DNA of 64,000 nt from assembly GCA_049516875.1 (NCBI GenBank), contig JBEKSS010000004.1, positions 1 through 64,000 on the forward strand, written 5' to 3'. The notes below the pieces were generated by a model, which did no database searches, had not been told where the DNA came from, and was given only the letters and a program-made list of their open reading frames with translations. Of the stretch, positions 30,501 through 40,517 are shown piece after piece (position 1 is the first letter of the stretch; every line of letters starts with the position of its first letter). The position numbers were made by a program, and so were the translations under genes. The DNA is from Candidatus Bathyarchaeia archaeon. GTDB taxonomy: Archaea > Thermoproteota > Bathyarchaeia > Bathyarchaeales > Bathycorpusculaceae.

Positions 30501-32839
30501 TCATCTTTGGCTAGTTCGCCAAGGCCGTTGTATACTATCTTGACAAGTCCAACTTCCTCGAGGTTGCGTTGGTTCTTTCTCGTTGATGCTGCAAGGTCGA
30601 GAATCACGTTATACTCGATGTAACGTTGGTATGCTTCGTCCGCTTGAGTTGTCTTAACGTATTTTCCTCTTGCTCTCGAATAGTCCGGTAGGACACCGTT
30701 CTTCTCCATTGTTGTGAAAATCTTGAAGCCGCAGTTAGCAACATCAAAGGCCCTGTCTGTGCCTTCTTGATATTTTCCATCTATCAGGGTGTAATATAGT
30801 GCTTGTCTGAAGTGTATTCTTTTTTGTAGGTTGTTCATGTGGGCTGCTTGGAGGGCTGTGTCTTGTCTGCTGTCTGAGAAGGCTATTATCTTGCGTTCGT
30901 TTGGACCGAGTTTTGAGACCACGGCTGATACTAGGATGTCTGTTCCTGTGCTTCTTCCAACTGAGCCAAAAGTGAAGAGTTTGTTGAATTCTCGTGGTCT
31001 TTTGTCGTAGTAGACTCCGCAGGTGGGGCAGAACAGAAACGGAGCTGAAATGATAGTGACCTCGAGCTTGTCCTTGCACGCGCAGGGTGAATCAATCTTG
31101 TTGCAGGCAGGACAGTAGTGGGCTTTTCTTGGCGTGGATTCCTTGCGGCTTTGCTTGAGTTCCTTTTCGCTTTCGAACCAGTCTATGGGAAATGGAACTG
31201 CGTTCTCATCATAAGTTCCCGCAAGGATGTAGGCGTTTTCACCTTCGGTATCGGTCATGTCTATGTCTCTGGGATAAAGGGCGTTATCTTCTCCTATCGA
31301 GACACCATAGAACTCTTGGCCACAAGATCGGCAAAAGTTCAATGGAAACGTGATATTGGTTCTCGAAGCCTTTGCACACACGGGACAGGTGCTTTCGCCC
31401 CTCTCATTGAGATGTGGGCCTTCCTTTGTGAGACAACTTGTGATAGTTTTTCCTTGGGAGAAGAAAGTGTGGATTTTAGGTACAAACCTAGGCTGTTGGG
31501 CGCCAAGCAGTTCAACAGTCCCTACAGAGCCTGCCAGAAGAACCGCCTTGAGCTCTCTTAAACAATCTCTAATGTCTGATTCAGCCCTGTATTTTTGCTT
31601 ATACTCGTTTAAGATTGTTTGCAGTGAGAGTGCATCTTCTGCCAGCTTGTCCTCAAGGAATTGAACAGATTGTTGAGAGGATAAGACCCAGCCAAGTCCT
31701 TCTCGTGTTCTGTCTTTATCTCCTATTCTTTTGCCCGCAAGTGCTTCAGCGAGTATCAATGCTTTCTCAAGGCTACCATCAAACGCTTCCAGCATTTTCT
31801 CTGTGACCTGAATCGTTGTCGGTAAGGGTGCTGGAGTTGGTCTTGGGATTTTCATGTAGTATTCTCCGATTACATGGGATGGATGGAAAGGTTCGCTGAA
31901 GAGGTTAGCAGCGAATTGAGCGATGAGTTCTTCGCCTTTTTCTCCTTTTTCGCTTTGGACTGTTGCACTTGTTCCGATACATCGAAGTTTTCCTATTGTC
32001 CCTGTGCGTTCTTTCAATCGTCTTGTCAAGCAGGCGACATCTGCGCCTTTCTTTCCTGAGTAAGTGTGAATCTCGTCGAGGACGAGGAATTTCAGTCGGC
32101 CTTTGTGTTCTTTTGGGAAGAGTTTTCTGTCTTCGAAACGTGTTAGTAAGAGTTCGAGCATGACATAGTTGGTCATGAGTATGTCTGGTGGGTTTGCCTG
32201 GATTTCGTCTCGGGACAGAAGCTCACTGTCATAGGGTTCGTCTCTGCCTGTTGAACCCTTGAGTGCAGCATGGGCTTCTTCAGGGCTATTCTTTGTATCG
32301 CCAGTGTATAGACCTATTTTTAATCCTGTACCGTGGAGTCTTTGGGCAAAGTCTTCGTATTGGCTGTTAGCAAGCGCATTCATAGGGTAGATTATGATGG
32401 CTTTGATGCCACGTAGTCCTTGGTCCTGCATTTTAAGGCATTCACTGACGATGGGAATACCAAAACAGAAGCTCTTCCCAGAGCTTGTGCCTGTGGTTAC
32501 CAGAGTATTGGCATTATCCTTCAGAATCGAAAGAATTGCCTTGCTCTGATGCCTATAGGGAGTAACGGGCACATCTGTGAGCTTCGCGGCTTCATCTTTC
32601 TTCGTAAAGACTCTGAGAATGCCTTTGTGAAGAATTCCATCTTTGACAAGATCTTGCAGGCTTTCACCTTGTTCAAAGCGATGGTTAAGCTGAATGTACG
32701 GATCTTTCCACAAAAGAGTACCTTCAGCAATCTTGTCCTGTAACCATTTCTGAATCGTCGGGTTCCTAATGTTCTGGAACGTAAAGACATAAGCTCTGTA
32801 GGTTTCTTGCACATGTTTCAGTGTTTCAAACAAATTCAT
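27581..32839 (-). CDS. DEAD/DEAH helicase with DUF1998 and C-terminal Vsr/DUF559-like nuclease (DrmA/DrmB-like fusion)
   Basis: TGTSSGKS, YPMNALAN, DEIH, SAT, TMELGIDIG, QRAGRAGR, YETAEGG, CGKACYECL, SELE...PDF...VDG..H. Confidence 0.87.
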   Translation of the reverse strand: MNLFETLKHVQETYRAYVFTFQNIRNPTIQKWLQDKIAEGTLLWKDPYIQLNHRFEQGESLQDLVKDGILHKGILRVFTKKDEAAKLTDVPVTPYRHQSKAILSILKDNANTLVTTGTSSGKSFCFGIPIVSECLKMQDQGLRGIKAIIIYPMNALANSQYEDFAQRLHGTGLKIGLYTGDTKNSPEEAHAALKGSTGRDEPYDSELLSRDEIQANPPDILMTNYVMLELLLTRFEDRKLFPKEHKGRLKFLVLDEIHTYSGKKGADVACLTRRLKERTGTIGKLRCIGTSATVQSEKGEKGEELIAQFAANLFSEPFHPSHVIGEYYMKIPRPTPAPLPTTIQVTEKMLEAFDGSLEKALILAEALAGKRIGDKDRTREGLGWVLSSQQSVQFLEDKLAEDALSLQTILNEYKQKYRAESDIRDCLRELKAVLLAGSVGTVELLGAQQPRFVPKIHTFFSQGKTITSCLTKEGPHLNERGESTCPVCAKASRTNITFPLNFCRSCGQEFYGVSIGEDNALYPRDIDMTDTEGENAYILAGTYDENAVPFPIDWFESEKELKQSRKESTPRKAHYCPACNKIDSPCACKDKLEVTIISAPFLFCPTCGVYYDKRPREFNKLFTFGSVGRSTGTDILVSAVVSKLGPNERKIIAFSDSRQDTALQAAHMNNLQKRIHFRQALYYTLIDGKYQEGTDRAFDVANCGFKIFTTMEKNGVLPDYSRARGKYVKTTQADEAYQRYIEYNVILDLAASTRKNQRNLEEVGLVKIVYNGLGELAKDEKIWKATKPLAKLTVDERHDYLVGFLDIFRRQLAIYHKDIIKHREFETDAITKLTEECQFDIGAAAAGTVTGYSDTARKGGRNARVLRLTSPRSRLMVWTQKALSIDHDPAKEIVNRVVDILSDRELVPLLTEHEVKGYKGMVIGQIYMVDSQYIQLQSLAKTKHKVCPKCGIVHHQSILDLCTGSDCGSLVERDFEKNYFRLVYSKSFKDTVNIQAQEHSGQLDGDTRKNIEAKFRTPNDPLNVLVCTPTMELGIDIGELSAIYMRNVPPSPSHYAQRAGRAGRKYQPSLITTFCGSGMSRGPHDQYFYRFPDKIVSGKITSPRFMLDNKQLMTTHLHSLILETMKMKLESGVGKFLNLDEPSYPMLPDFKNDLSKKVTEAKPEILESIKRSFAQEIKSLAWFTEDFVERVIDSFIDDFEIALEYWRKEYANLYKEHQDLSAKQRKETFSIQDQNRMAAISQKLENMRKGEKDFYIYRYLAARGFLPNYGFPSSNIVLSLSESDYEILRDNVIALSEFAPGNTVYFKGDKYVVTYARPKTKGQKPVREHLLICPNCSTVLRGEAARTTAACPKCKVPLTSEHPNPNAMQMPDMYAVRRFRITSDEEERMRLGYKTSTHYEVGDKIEETTVKGADDLLLTIQYEHNGRIVHINKGTLKNQEDGQEAGFVLCTACSRWLFGEDRIEQHTTEESISHCPKNAKEDDIIRGIILFTVGTHDVATIKISPPKDINPSKVEDYYITLKESILQGLQLALNLEESEVDGFIVKEQTDPSKYDIVLYETAEGGTGAIKSLTDARGLGSVVTKATELLHDKDPQAGCGKACYECLLNYYNQREHERLDRNLALPILRKLETVEVTSQTPNNQQDKLEELLKTCDSELERTVLRRIANEGLPLPDKGQQIIYDGDVRIAKPDFYYKKEKITLFVDGPTHDEDYVKRDDEEKRKKLRALGYRVYSIHHSDVDGGIAKLREALR

Positions 32840-35800
32840 GTTTCTGCTTCCTGTTTCATATTGTTCGAGACTTGAAGCTTGTTAGAGTATTCGTCAAAGT
32901 ATTTCAGGATAATAGTCTTGGTTCGATAGTCACCGAATCTGGTCTCGTCCCTTCTTCTCAAGATAGGGAACGTGTCAAGAACTTGTCCAGCTTCATCCCT
33001 GGACAGCCCGTAAACATGAAAGAAGATTGCGTCCAATTCCATGCATAAGCGATCTCTGTTTTCAGGATCCCATTTGAACGGGGGTCCTTGATATCCGCAT
33101 TCCATGGCAAACGGAGCCAGACTATCTGTAACATAAACCAACTCGAGGGCTATCGACTTGATTCTGTCCGCTAGGCATTCATCGTGCTTTGAATCTTTGA
33201 TCCTCCGTTGAAATGCAGATGGTGACGGTGCTGCAATTTCATAGATGATCCCTTTCTGTAGATTCGCACCAAACAGTTTCTGACGTACAATGAAGTCAAA
33301 AGCAATTGACGACCACATAGTGGTGAAAAGCAAGGCTTTCTCTGCGGCATCAGACGGATCACCTCCGAACAATAGTATCGGGGCAGAGTGTGTGGCTGGT
33401 AGTGCAGGGCAAATACAACCTTGAGTGGTTCGAGCATCAACCAAACCTCGGCAGACGTTCCTCAGCGCAAACATCCACGATCTCGCCAGCCCTTTTTGTC
33501 TCCGTGTGTTATCAAAGTCGCGGGAATTTACCCAATATCTGGGTAGAATCTCGTATGTTGGGTCAGTCAATTGCTTTACTGTCGGATCCTTTGGTTCCGC
33601 TTTTACACCGAATCGTTTTTCGCGTGGTATACCTTCGAATGTGCCGAAACGATGATTGTAGAGATGGATGAACTTACCTTCATACAGAGGCAGAAGCTGC
33701 TCCGACCCCTTAGTGAATCTGCTAGAAGAACCAAGTTCATAACCTTGAGCGATAAGTTCCTCAAATCGATTTCCGGCAAACAGAGCAGAATCACCGGAAC
33801 TATGTAGCATTGTTACATATCGGATTCGCCAAGGATTGTAGTCTCTATCCTCATTCACGAGAACACCCACATGGGAATACATCTTTCTAGTGATGTCCGC
33901 TGCGATAGCACTTACGAATGTTGGTAGAGTCTTAGATTGGGGGCTCATCAGAGATATGTCTGCCGTGTTTAATGAGTAGGCATGTTCTGGACTTGTTAGG
34001 TCTTCCAACGTAATACAATAGGATGCTAGTTCAATAGTTTCATATCGACGAGCCTTTCCAGATATTGTTGTCAAGCAAAATCGTTCATTTGGAACAACTG
34101 ACGGAAACCACCCAAGTTTGTTGGTCATATCAAAGACTGATACAAATCTGTGACCGTCGATCATTGCTGCAAGGAATTTCTGGCATGTTTCAGCATTTAC
34201 GATACCTGTCTTCAGGATCATCCCTGCTAATCCTTTGGGCGCGACTATATTTGTGGCAAGCTCAGCAAAGATTCTATAGGTGTTGATTTCTCCAGACGAT
34301 GTCAAAGGAAACCTTGAGGAGCAGACTATGAATTTGTTTTCAAGAGCTGCAGATCTTCGTGCGAATATCCACTTTGAGTAAAGACGCGGGTTATTGTTTT
34401 CCAAGTTCTCTATTAATCGATCTCTTTCAGTCTTGGTTTTTGAAGCTGCGATTTCAGGATCATATAATGCGAAGAACTCTTTTTCAACTGGGGTCAGTCT
34501 TTCCCAAGGAGGATTTCCAATTATCACGTCAAATCCTAGCTCCTCTTTCGACACGAAGATGTCAGGAAACTCTATGTACCAATGGAAGAAGTGGTATTCA
34601 TGTGCCAAACGCTTGATTTCATCTAATGTTCTCTTGTTGACGGTAGATTTGTTCCCAGCGATCATTCGAATAGTTGCCTGAGTGGGAGGAGAAGGTGAGT
34701 CCTTGGTCAGAGACCAAAAAAAGGAAGCGGTCCATGCATCGGCCAGCAGTCTCTGACGGACGTGTTCTGGACATTCCACAAGAGCAGCATATTTCTTCTG
34801 TTTCTCGCTGAACTGACTAATGTTGGTTTCAGGTAGCTCGTTCAGGTCTTGGTATATTGCTGCTTGGGCTTTCCACTCCCCAGTAGCATACTCCATTATT
34901 GATCTTGATTGCTTCTCTACTTTGTTTCTACTCTTGATCTCTTTTGCGATTATGCGTTCATCCTTTTCTACAGGAGTGAAAGCATCGTCAGGAATCCCAT
35001 TGTCAATTGCTTCTGAGGTAGCTCCTATCAACGAGTTGCCACATTTTATATGGTGATCCAAAAAATTCAGTGGCAGATCATCAACACAGGAATTGATCCA
35101 CAAGGAGACCTGAGCAAGCTCTACAGCCATAGGGTTCAGATCTACGCCATAGATACAATGTTGGAGAACGTCTCTCTTTGCTTTTCGAATGTCCCTGTCA
35201 GGCGGTTCTACTTGACCAGTACGCACCTTTGCTAATTCCTTGGCCATGAAATTGGTTGCAGCTATAAGAAATGCTCCGCTTCCGCACGCAGGATCACAAA
35301 CCTTGATCGACAGTAAAGCCCTTTCTTTATCACGTGCTTCGTCCAGTTTCTCCTCCACAACTGGTCTGAGAGCACTACTGACCAACTTGTCGACGAGGTG
35401 AGGGTGTGTATAGTAGCTGCCTGTGGTTTTCCGAGATACTCCGCGTGGATCGAGGGAGAAACTATTCGCAGGTATCGTCTCTCCCTCAATCTCTTGTTCT
35501 CCAGCAAACACTCTCGGTATGAAGTCCAAGAGGCTTTCATAAATTGATCCAATTTCCTCCACACTCAGATCCAAATAGCTGATTCGCTTGAGAACGTGTT
35601 CTTCTTCAAAAAGCGTAAGGTGCCGAATCGCAGTCAGGATATCTTCATTCTTGCATGGCAGTGTCGACAGGATGTCGATCTCTTTGTCATCGAAAAGACG
35701 GCCGTTGTAGCCAAAAACTTTCAAGACGGGGCAGCCATTCTTAAGCATTCCAAAAGTGACCTTGAGACCTTCCCATAGGTCGTGATGCTCGTCTTTGCCT

Positions 35801-36816
35801 CCTCTGCTTTCAGCCATCTGGCGCAATCTTGTAATGCTGTATTCTTCGGCGTAAAGCGAGTCTCTAGTAGGCAGCATGGCCCTCTGCTCTGCAAATAGCA
35901 TGAAGAGAAGTCGATACACAACTCTGAGCAGCTCAGAATAGTAGGCTCTGCAAAACTCTTCATTTTCAATCATCTTTTTTGCATAGTCTGGGCTTAGGAA
36001 GCCATTGCCTAAGCGCTCAATCGCCTTTTTCACGTTGCGTCTAAGATTCTCGCCAATTGATTCTCCGGCGTTTACACTTTCCTTGTAGAATTGTTCAAGA
36101 TGACATAGGCCTTCTTTATCTATAAGAAACCTGCTTGCATGCGCCATCCTGTATAGAGTTCTGAAGTCAGTGAAGCTCATCTCACGAAAGATATTCTCAA
36201 CGTCGAATTCGACATAACCCTTAGTCGTAGTATGAAAGTATTCACGAAGAATTCGAAGCAGTATCCCATTAGCGACGATGCCCCACTTACAACGTTTATT
36301 GACATTCAGGAAAGTCTGCAGTTCATCATGGGGACTTCTATTGCGACCTCTTCGAGAAGTCTCCTCTCCTTGCTCATGATACTCCTCCTCCAAATCTTGT
36401 GAAGGTGCAACCATATGAACTATCGGTGCAGCAAGACTATTCCAACCTTTGTGAGAGAGCTTGAACCTGAGCTTTTCTTCGTCAACAATAACGTCCTCTC
36501 TGTTGAATACAGGATCAAAGCCCAACTCTCTGAAGAGGGGAATCATCCATTTGCTTCTGGCGTCTGAAACACTCATCTTGAGATAGCGATTGGAGATAGC
36601 ATCCCATCGCTCACGAAGGCGGTCCCACGAATCCACGATTTGCTGTTCAAGCTCTCTCTTGTCCTTCGGAGCCGCAGCACTAGACGTGGCAAATGAATCG
36701 GGCTGAATTCTCGGGTTGACGACTCTCTCGCTTCGGATGTTCTCCAAGAACTCTGAAGTGATTATGCCACCGTGAGCGGACATGTTAGAGAGCGGATTCT
36801 TTCTCAATCTACTCAC
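32836..36816 (-). CDS. Large N6-adenine DNA methyltransferase (Eco57I/DrmMI-like)
   Basis: GSIYESLL, GSYYT, DPACGSGAFL, YGVDLNP, GNSL, NPPW. Confidence 0.9.
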   Translation of the reverse strand: MSRLRKNPLSNMSAHGGIITSEFLENIRSERVVNPRIQPDSFATSSAAAPKDKRELEQQIVDSWDRLRERWDAISNRYLKMSVSDARSKWMIPLFRELGFDPVFNREDVIVDEEKLRFKLSHKGWNSLAAPIVHMVAPSQDLEEEYHEQGEETSRRGRNRSPHDELQTFLNVNKRCKWGIVANGILLRILREYFHTTTKGYVEFDVENIFREMSFTDFRTLYRMAHASRFLIDKEGLCHLEQFYKESVNAGESIGENLRRNVKKAIERLGNGFLSPDYAKKMIENEEFCRAYYSELLRVVYRLLFMLFAEQRAMLPTRDSLYAEEYSITRLRQMAESRGGKDEHHDLWEGLKVTFGMLKNGCPVLKVFGYNGRLFDDKEIDILSTLPCKNEDILTAIRHLTLFEEEHVLKRISYLDLSVEEIGSIYESLLDFIPRVFAGEQEIEGETIPANSFSLDPRGVSRKTTGSYYTHPHLVDKLVSSALRPVVEEKLDEARDKERALLSIKVCDPACGSGAFLIAATNFMAKELAKVRTGQVEPPDRDIRKAKRDVLQHCIYGVDLNPMAVELAQVSLWINSCVDDLPLNFLDHHIKCGNSLIGATSEAIDNGIPDDAFTPVEKDERIIAKEIKSRNKVEKQSRSIMEYATGEWKAQAAIYQDLNELPETNISQFSEKQKKYAALVECPEHVRQRLLADAWTASFFWSLTKDSPSPPTQATIRMIAGNKSTVNKRTLDEIKRLAHEYHFFHWYIEFPDIFVSKEELGFDVIIGNPPWERLTPVEKEFFALYDPEIAASKTKTERDRLIENLENNNPRLYSKWIFARRSAALENKFIVCSSRFPLTSSGEINTYRIFAELATNIVAPKGLAGMILKTGIVNAETCQKFLAAMIDGHRFVSVFDMTNKLGWFPSVVPNERFCLTTISGKARRYETIELASYCITLEDLTSPEHAYSLNTADISLMSPQSKTLPTFVSAIAADITRKMYSHVGVLVNEDRDYNPWRIRYVTMLHSSGDSALFAGNRFEELIAQGYELGSSSRFTKGSEQLLPLYEGKFIHLYNHRFGTFEGIPREKRFGVKAEPKDPTVKQLTDPTYEILPRYWVNSRDFDNTRRQKGLARSWMFALRNVCRGLVDARTTQGCICPALPATHSAPILLFGGDPSDAAEKALLFTTMWSSIAFDFIVRQKLFGANLQKGIIYEIAAPSPSAFQRRIKDSKHDECLADRIKSIALELVYVTDSLAPFAMECGYQGPPFKWDPENRDRLCMELDAIFFHVYGLSRDEAGQVLDTFPILRRRDETRFGDYRTKTIILKYFDEYSNKLQVSNNMKQEAET

Positions 36817-39742
36817 CTTCAGACATCGGATAGTAAACGGTGACGCACAGAAGATCTACAGAGGCAACAGACAATTTGTCAATGCCCTCAAGCCACTCTT
36901 TTTCTCCTCGATCCTCAAGACTTTTCTTGACTTTCTGCCTTTCAACCGCAAGCTCTGTGCAACGTTCCTCGGCTTTCTTCCTCATTTCTTCTTCAAGATG
37001 TGGCTTCGATAGGGCAATTGTGAGGTCCTCACACATCTCTTGTCCAGTTCTGCTTTGTGCAGTAGGTGTGGAGTGTGAAAGCGCATCTACTTCAGGCTGC
37101 GCCAACTTTCTGTCTTCATGTATTTCAAGCCCAATCTTCAGAAGCTCTTCAACAATCGAAACTGGTTTGGTATAGACTGCGTATCTCGCAAGAAACGTGT
37201 AAACCGCGGTGACTTTGGTCGCAGACTTCGTTGCAATGCATGCGGTTCTTCCATATGTCTCTTTCGAAGAGAACGTGAGCTCCTTCACCAATTCAATTAG
37301 ATTTCTTACTAGTCTGTGTCCCAGATCAATTACGTCAAGTTCTGAGTCGTCTTTTCCCCTTAATGGGTCAAATGTTGCCCTTGGAATGGTATCCTCATCC
37401 AATCCTTGGGCGAGTCTGCTATCCAAGATTTCTATTCTGAACGTGCTGTCTGCGTTGTCAGTCATGCGGCACCCAAACTTGTTCAATCCACTCTTGACAA
37501 AATTCTGAACCTCGTTTTGGCTGCCGATCAGATCCCAAGTCTCAGTCAACCTCTTCTGAACTAACGACAAGTCAATGCTCGACTGTCCATAGAAATTGTC
37601 GTTCTTCATTCTTTGAATGGACTCATCAGAAAATGGATCAAGCACTTCCTCTTCAGAAGATATGTCCTCAAGGAACTCGTCAAGATTGCGCTGACCGATT
37701 CTGACCTTAAGTCCTTGTTCCCTTATGAGATCGAGCACCGATAGGTCGTCCCCGAAAAAGGGAGGAGAGAAACCGAATTCCTGTCGAATTCGAAGAGCCT
37801 TCTCAACTAGAACCACCAATATTGCCGCTTCGAGTGAATCATTCACTACCATCGTTTTGATGAAAACTTCCTTCTTTGGTTGTCCATAACGGTCAATCCG
37901 TCCATTCCTTTGCTCAAGCCGATTTGGATTCCAAGGTAGCTCGTAATGTATTATTTGAGAGGCAACGTATTGAAGGTTAATTCCTTCAGAGATACAGTCG
38001 GTTGCAATCATAATCGCATTTGTCGCAATTTTAAATTCATGGAACTTCTGCGCCCTCTGAGATTCGTTTAGGGAGCCATCAAGGGTCACAATTTCAACGT
38101 TCTTGAAATTTCGATGCGTAGGTATGTTTCTTGCGAGATAGTCGAGAGTGTCTTTGTATCTAGTGAAAATGATAACTTTCGGGTTCGCTCTGAACATTTC
38201 TCGGAGGGGGTTATCTAACATTTCATTTAGTTTGCTGTCTTTTGCTGCAGTCACTTTCTGCGCTTTAAGGAGAGCTCGCAACAGAAGCTCTTTCTCCGTT
38301 TGAAGATTATCTCTATCGCCGAGGAGAAATCGTTCCATTCTTGCCCCTGTTTCTTCATCGTCAACACGTTCACCAGTGTCGTTGTCCAAAACTTCAGAAC
38401 GTGCTTCGTGTTCGTCCACTGAAACGTCTTCATCATAAGGTGGTGTTTCTTGTCTCTCAAGTTTTCGACTGATGGTGTTCAAACGGTTTTTCAATGAGCA
38501 TACCAGAGCGTAAGGAGAACTCAAGGCGCGTTTATGGAAATGAGTAACAGTCCACTTTGCAATCCGCATCTTGAAGCTGTGTTCCATGCCCGCAGAGGCG
38601 AGGATATGCTTTCCCAGTTGTTCAACTTCCTCCATTATGCTGACTTCGAGATCTGAGAGTTTTACAAAAACCTCTTTTGCTGTTCTCTTAGGAAACGGAT
38701 TAGGCTCACCGCTTTTCTTTAGTTCCTCTTCTACATCTTTTCTCCGTCTCTGGCAAACATATGATTTAGCTACTTCTCGGCTGATCACAGGATCATGGTC
38801 AGGGCCAGAGACAGCACCAACATCTAGCATCCTGAGGAGGCTCGCGTAAGTGTCCGTGTAACCATTGTGTGGTGTTGCAGTCAACATTAACAGATGTCTT
38901 GACTTCTTAGACAATTCACGCATTAGCTCCCATCGCTCCATCTCCACCCGTTGTCTTGGATCTGCTTGATGGGGTTTGGCGACATTATGGGCTTCGTCGA
39001 CCAAGACGATGTCCCATGTTTGCTCTAGAATCTGAGGCTTCACTTCAGCTGTCTTCGCATAATCCATTGACGTGATAAGGTACGGATAATATTCCCAAGG
39101 ATTCGTTCCTGGAGGGAGTTCTCGCTCCATTTCTCTTCTATGTCTTGATGAGATTATTCTCGCGTTCAAATGGAAAAAGTAGTCCAAGGCAGTCTTCCAT
39201 TGTTCCCTCAACATCGCAGGGCAGACAACCAGCAACCTGGACGCTCTCTGTCTCGCGAACAATTCCACAACGATCAAGCCCGCTTCTATTGTTTTGCCCA
39301 GTCCAACGTCATCCGCAATAAGCATGCGAACCCTAGGCATCTCAAGCGACATAACAACTGGAACCATCTGAAATAAAACGGGAACCGCCCGGCTTCGCTG
39401 CAGGCTCAAGAGAGGAGCCGTGCCGTGTATCATGCTAAGTCGATAAGCTCGAAGAAGCAGATCTTGGGTAGCATAGTTGCCCACAATCTTTCCGGACGGA
39501 GGTTCAATCCTGCCAGGCCGAATTTTCTCAAGCGGTATGTAGAATCTCCTATGTTCAACCAGCGTACCTTCAATGCTCGTGGCAACAAGCACATCGCCTT
39601 GAACGTCGTCGACTCGCCATAGTCTCGACCTGAGCTCAACGATCGACCCGAGCGATAGATTGAACTCTCTATTTCGGCTTACTTCTCCAATTGACTCTTT
39701 ATCAAGACTCGTTGAAGTTTCCTCCGTCAATATGCCGCACAC
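36809..39742 (-). CDS. SNF2-family helicase (DrmD-like)
   Basis: LIADDVGLGKT, DEAH, LTATPH, EGINLQ, LPWNPNRLEQRNGRIDRYGQ. Confidence 0.9.
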   Translation of the reverse strand: MCGILTEETSTSLDKESIGEVSRNREFNLSLGSIVELRSRLWRVDDVQGDVLVATSIEGTLVEHRRFYIPLEKIRPGRIEPPSGKIVGNYATQDLLLRAYRLSMIHGTAPLLSLQRSRAVPVLFQMVPVVMSLEMPRVRMLIADDVGLGKTIEAGLIVVELFARQRASRLLVVCPAMLREQWKTALDYFFHLNARIISSRHRREMERELPPGTNPWEYYPYLITSMDYAKTAEVKPQILEQTWDIVLVDEAHNVAKPHQADPRQRVEMERWELMRELSKKSRHLLMLTATPHNGYTDTYASLLRMLDVGAVSGPDHDPVISREVAKSYVCQRRRKDVEEELKKSGEPNPFPKRTAKEVFVKLSDLEVSIMEEVEQLGKHILASAGMEHSFKMRIAKWTVTHFHKRALSSPYALVCSLKNRLNTISRKLERQETPPYDEDVSVDEHEARSEVLDNDTGERVDDEETGARMERFLLGDRDNLQTEKELLLRALLKAQKVTAAKDSKLNEMLDNPLREMFRANPKVIIFTRYKDTLDYLARNIPTHRNFKNVEIVTLDGSLNESQRAQKFHEFKIATNAIMIATDCISEGINLQYVASQIIHYELPWNPNRLEQRNGRIDRYGQPKKEVFIKTMVVNDSLEAAILVVLVEKALRIRQEFGFSPPFFGDDLSVLDLIREQGLKVRIGQRNLDEFLEDISSEEEVLDPFSDESIQRMKNDNFYGQSSIDLSLVQKRLTETWDLIGSQNEVQNFVKSGLNKFGCRMTDNADSTFRIEILDSRLAQGLDEDTIPRATFDPLRGKDDSELDVIDLGHRLVRNLIELVKELTFSSKETYGRTACIATKSATKVTAVYTFLARYAVYTKPVSIVEELLKIGLEIHEDRKLAQPEVDALSHSTPTAQSRTGQEMCEDLTIALSKPHLEEEMRKKAEERCTELAVERQKVKKSLEDRGEKEWLEGIDKLSVASVDLLCVTVYYPMSEGE

Positions 39743-39942
39743 GTCTCAGTGCCAATTATCTGGTCAGCCTGCGCAGACAACTATCAGACGCGGACTCTAA
39801 AGGAAAGATATGTGCGCTTCAGCATAAAAATGCTCACTTACTTATCAAAATAAGCTCTTTACACAATGGCCTGAATCAGTATTCTGTACAGTAATGAAAG
39901 CCTTTTAAACTCTCCCCGAAAAAGGAAGTTTGTGGTCGGAAT

Positions 39943-40128
39943 ATGGCTTCATGTCCAAAGTGCAAGAAGGAAAACTCTAGACCCACTAAAACATGGAAAT
40001 ATGGTCAGTTCACAGTTCAAGCCTACTCATGCAGCAACTGCGGCACACAATATAGAGAATACTCCAAAGACAAGAAACACAGCTTCACACTCAAATTGCA
40101 GAAAGGAAAAGGCTACGTGAAGGCATAA
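39943..40128 (+). CDS. Small Zn-ribbon protein (Cren7-like pattern)
   Basis: CPKC...PTKTWKY...VQAYSCSNCG; TTTTAAA TATA upstream. Confidence 0.75.
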   Translation: MASCPKCKKENSRPTKTWKYGQFTVQAYSCSNCGTQYREYSKDKKHSFTLKLQKGKGYVKA

Positions 40129-40517
40129 GAGTTCTAGACTGAGCTGGGAGTCAAAGAATGTTCATTCAGCATGGCTCTGATTACCTCAGCGCTGTACTGG
40201 GGGTACTGGAGAAGATCTTTAGAAGCATCTCTGTCATCTTTGAAAAAGGTATCAAGTATCATGTGAAAATTCGCCATGAGACTGTCCACGGATAACTCCC
40301 GCTCCTTTAGCAAGAAGAACAGAAATAGCGAGGTATAGTGGTCTTGAGCTAACTTAGCGCGCGCGCATTTTTGCCCTAGTGACTTTTTTTGAAGAATGCT
40401 CTGGACCTTTGGGTATATCCAGATTGTAGGGGCTTTCATTCTACGTTCACCACTGGGTTCTGTTCATATGAAGAGTACGCGTGCCACCACGGGGACTTAT
40501 CCTTGGCGATGTTGGAA

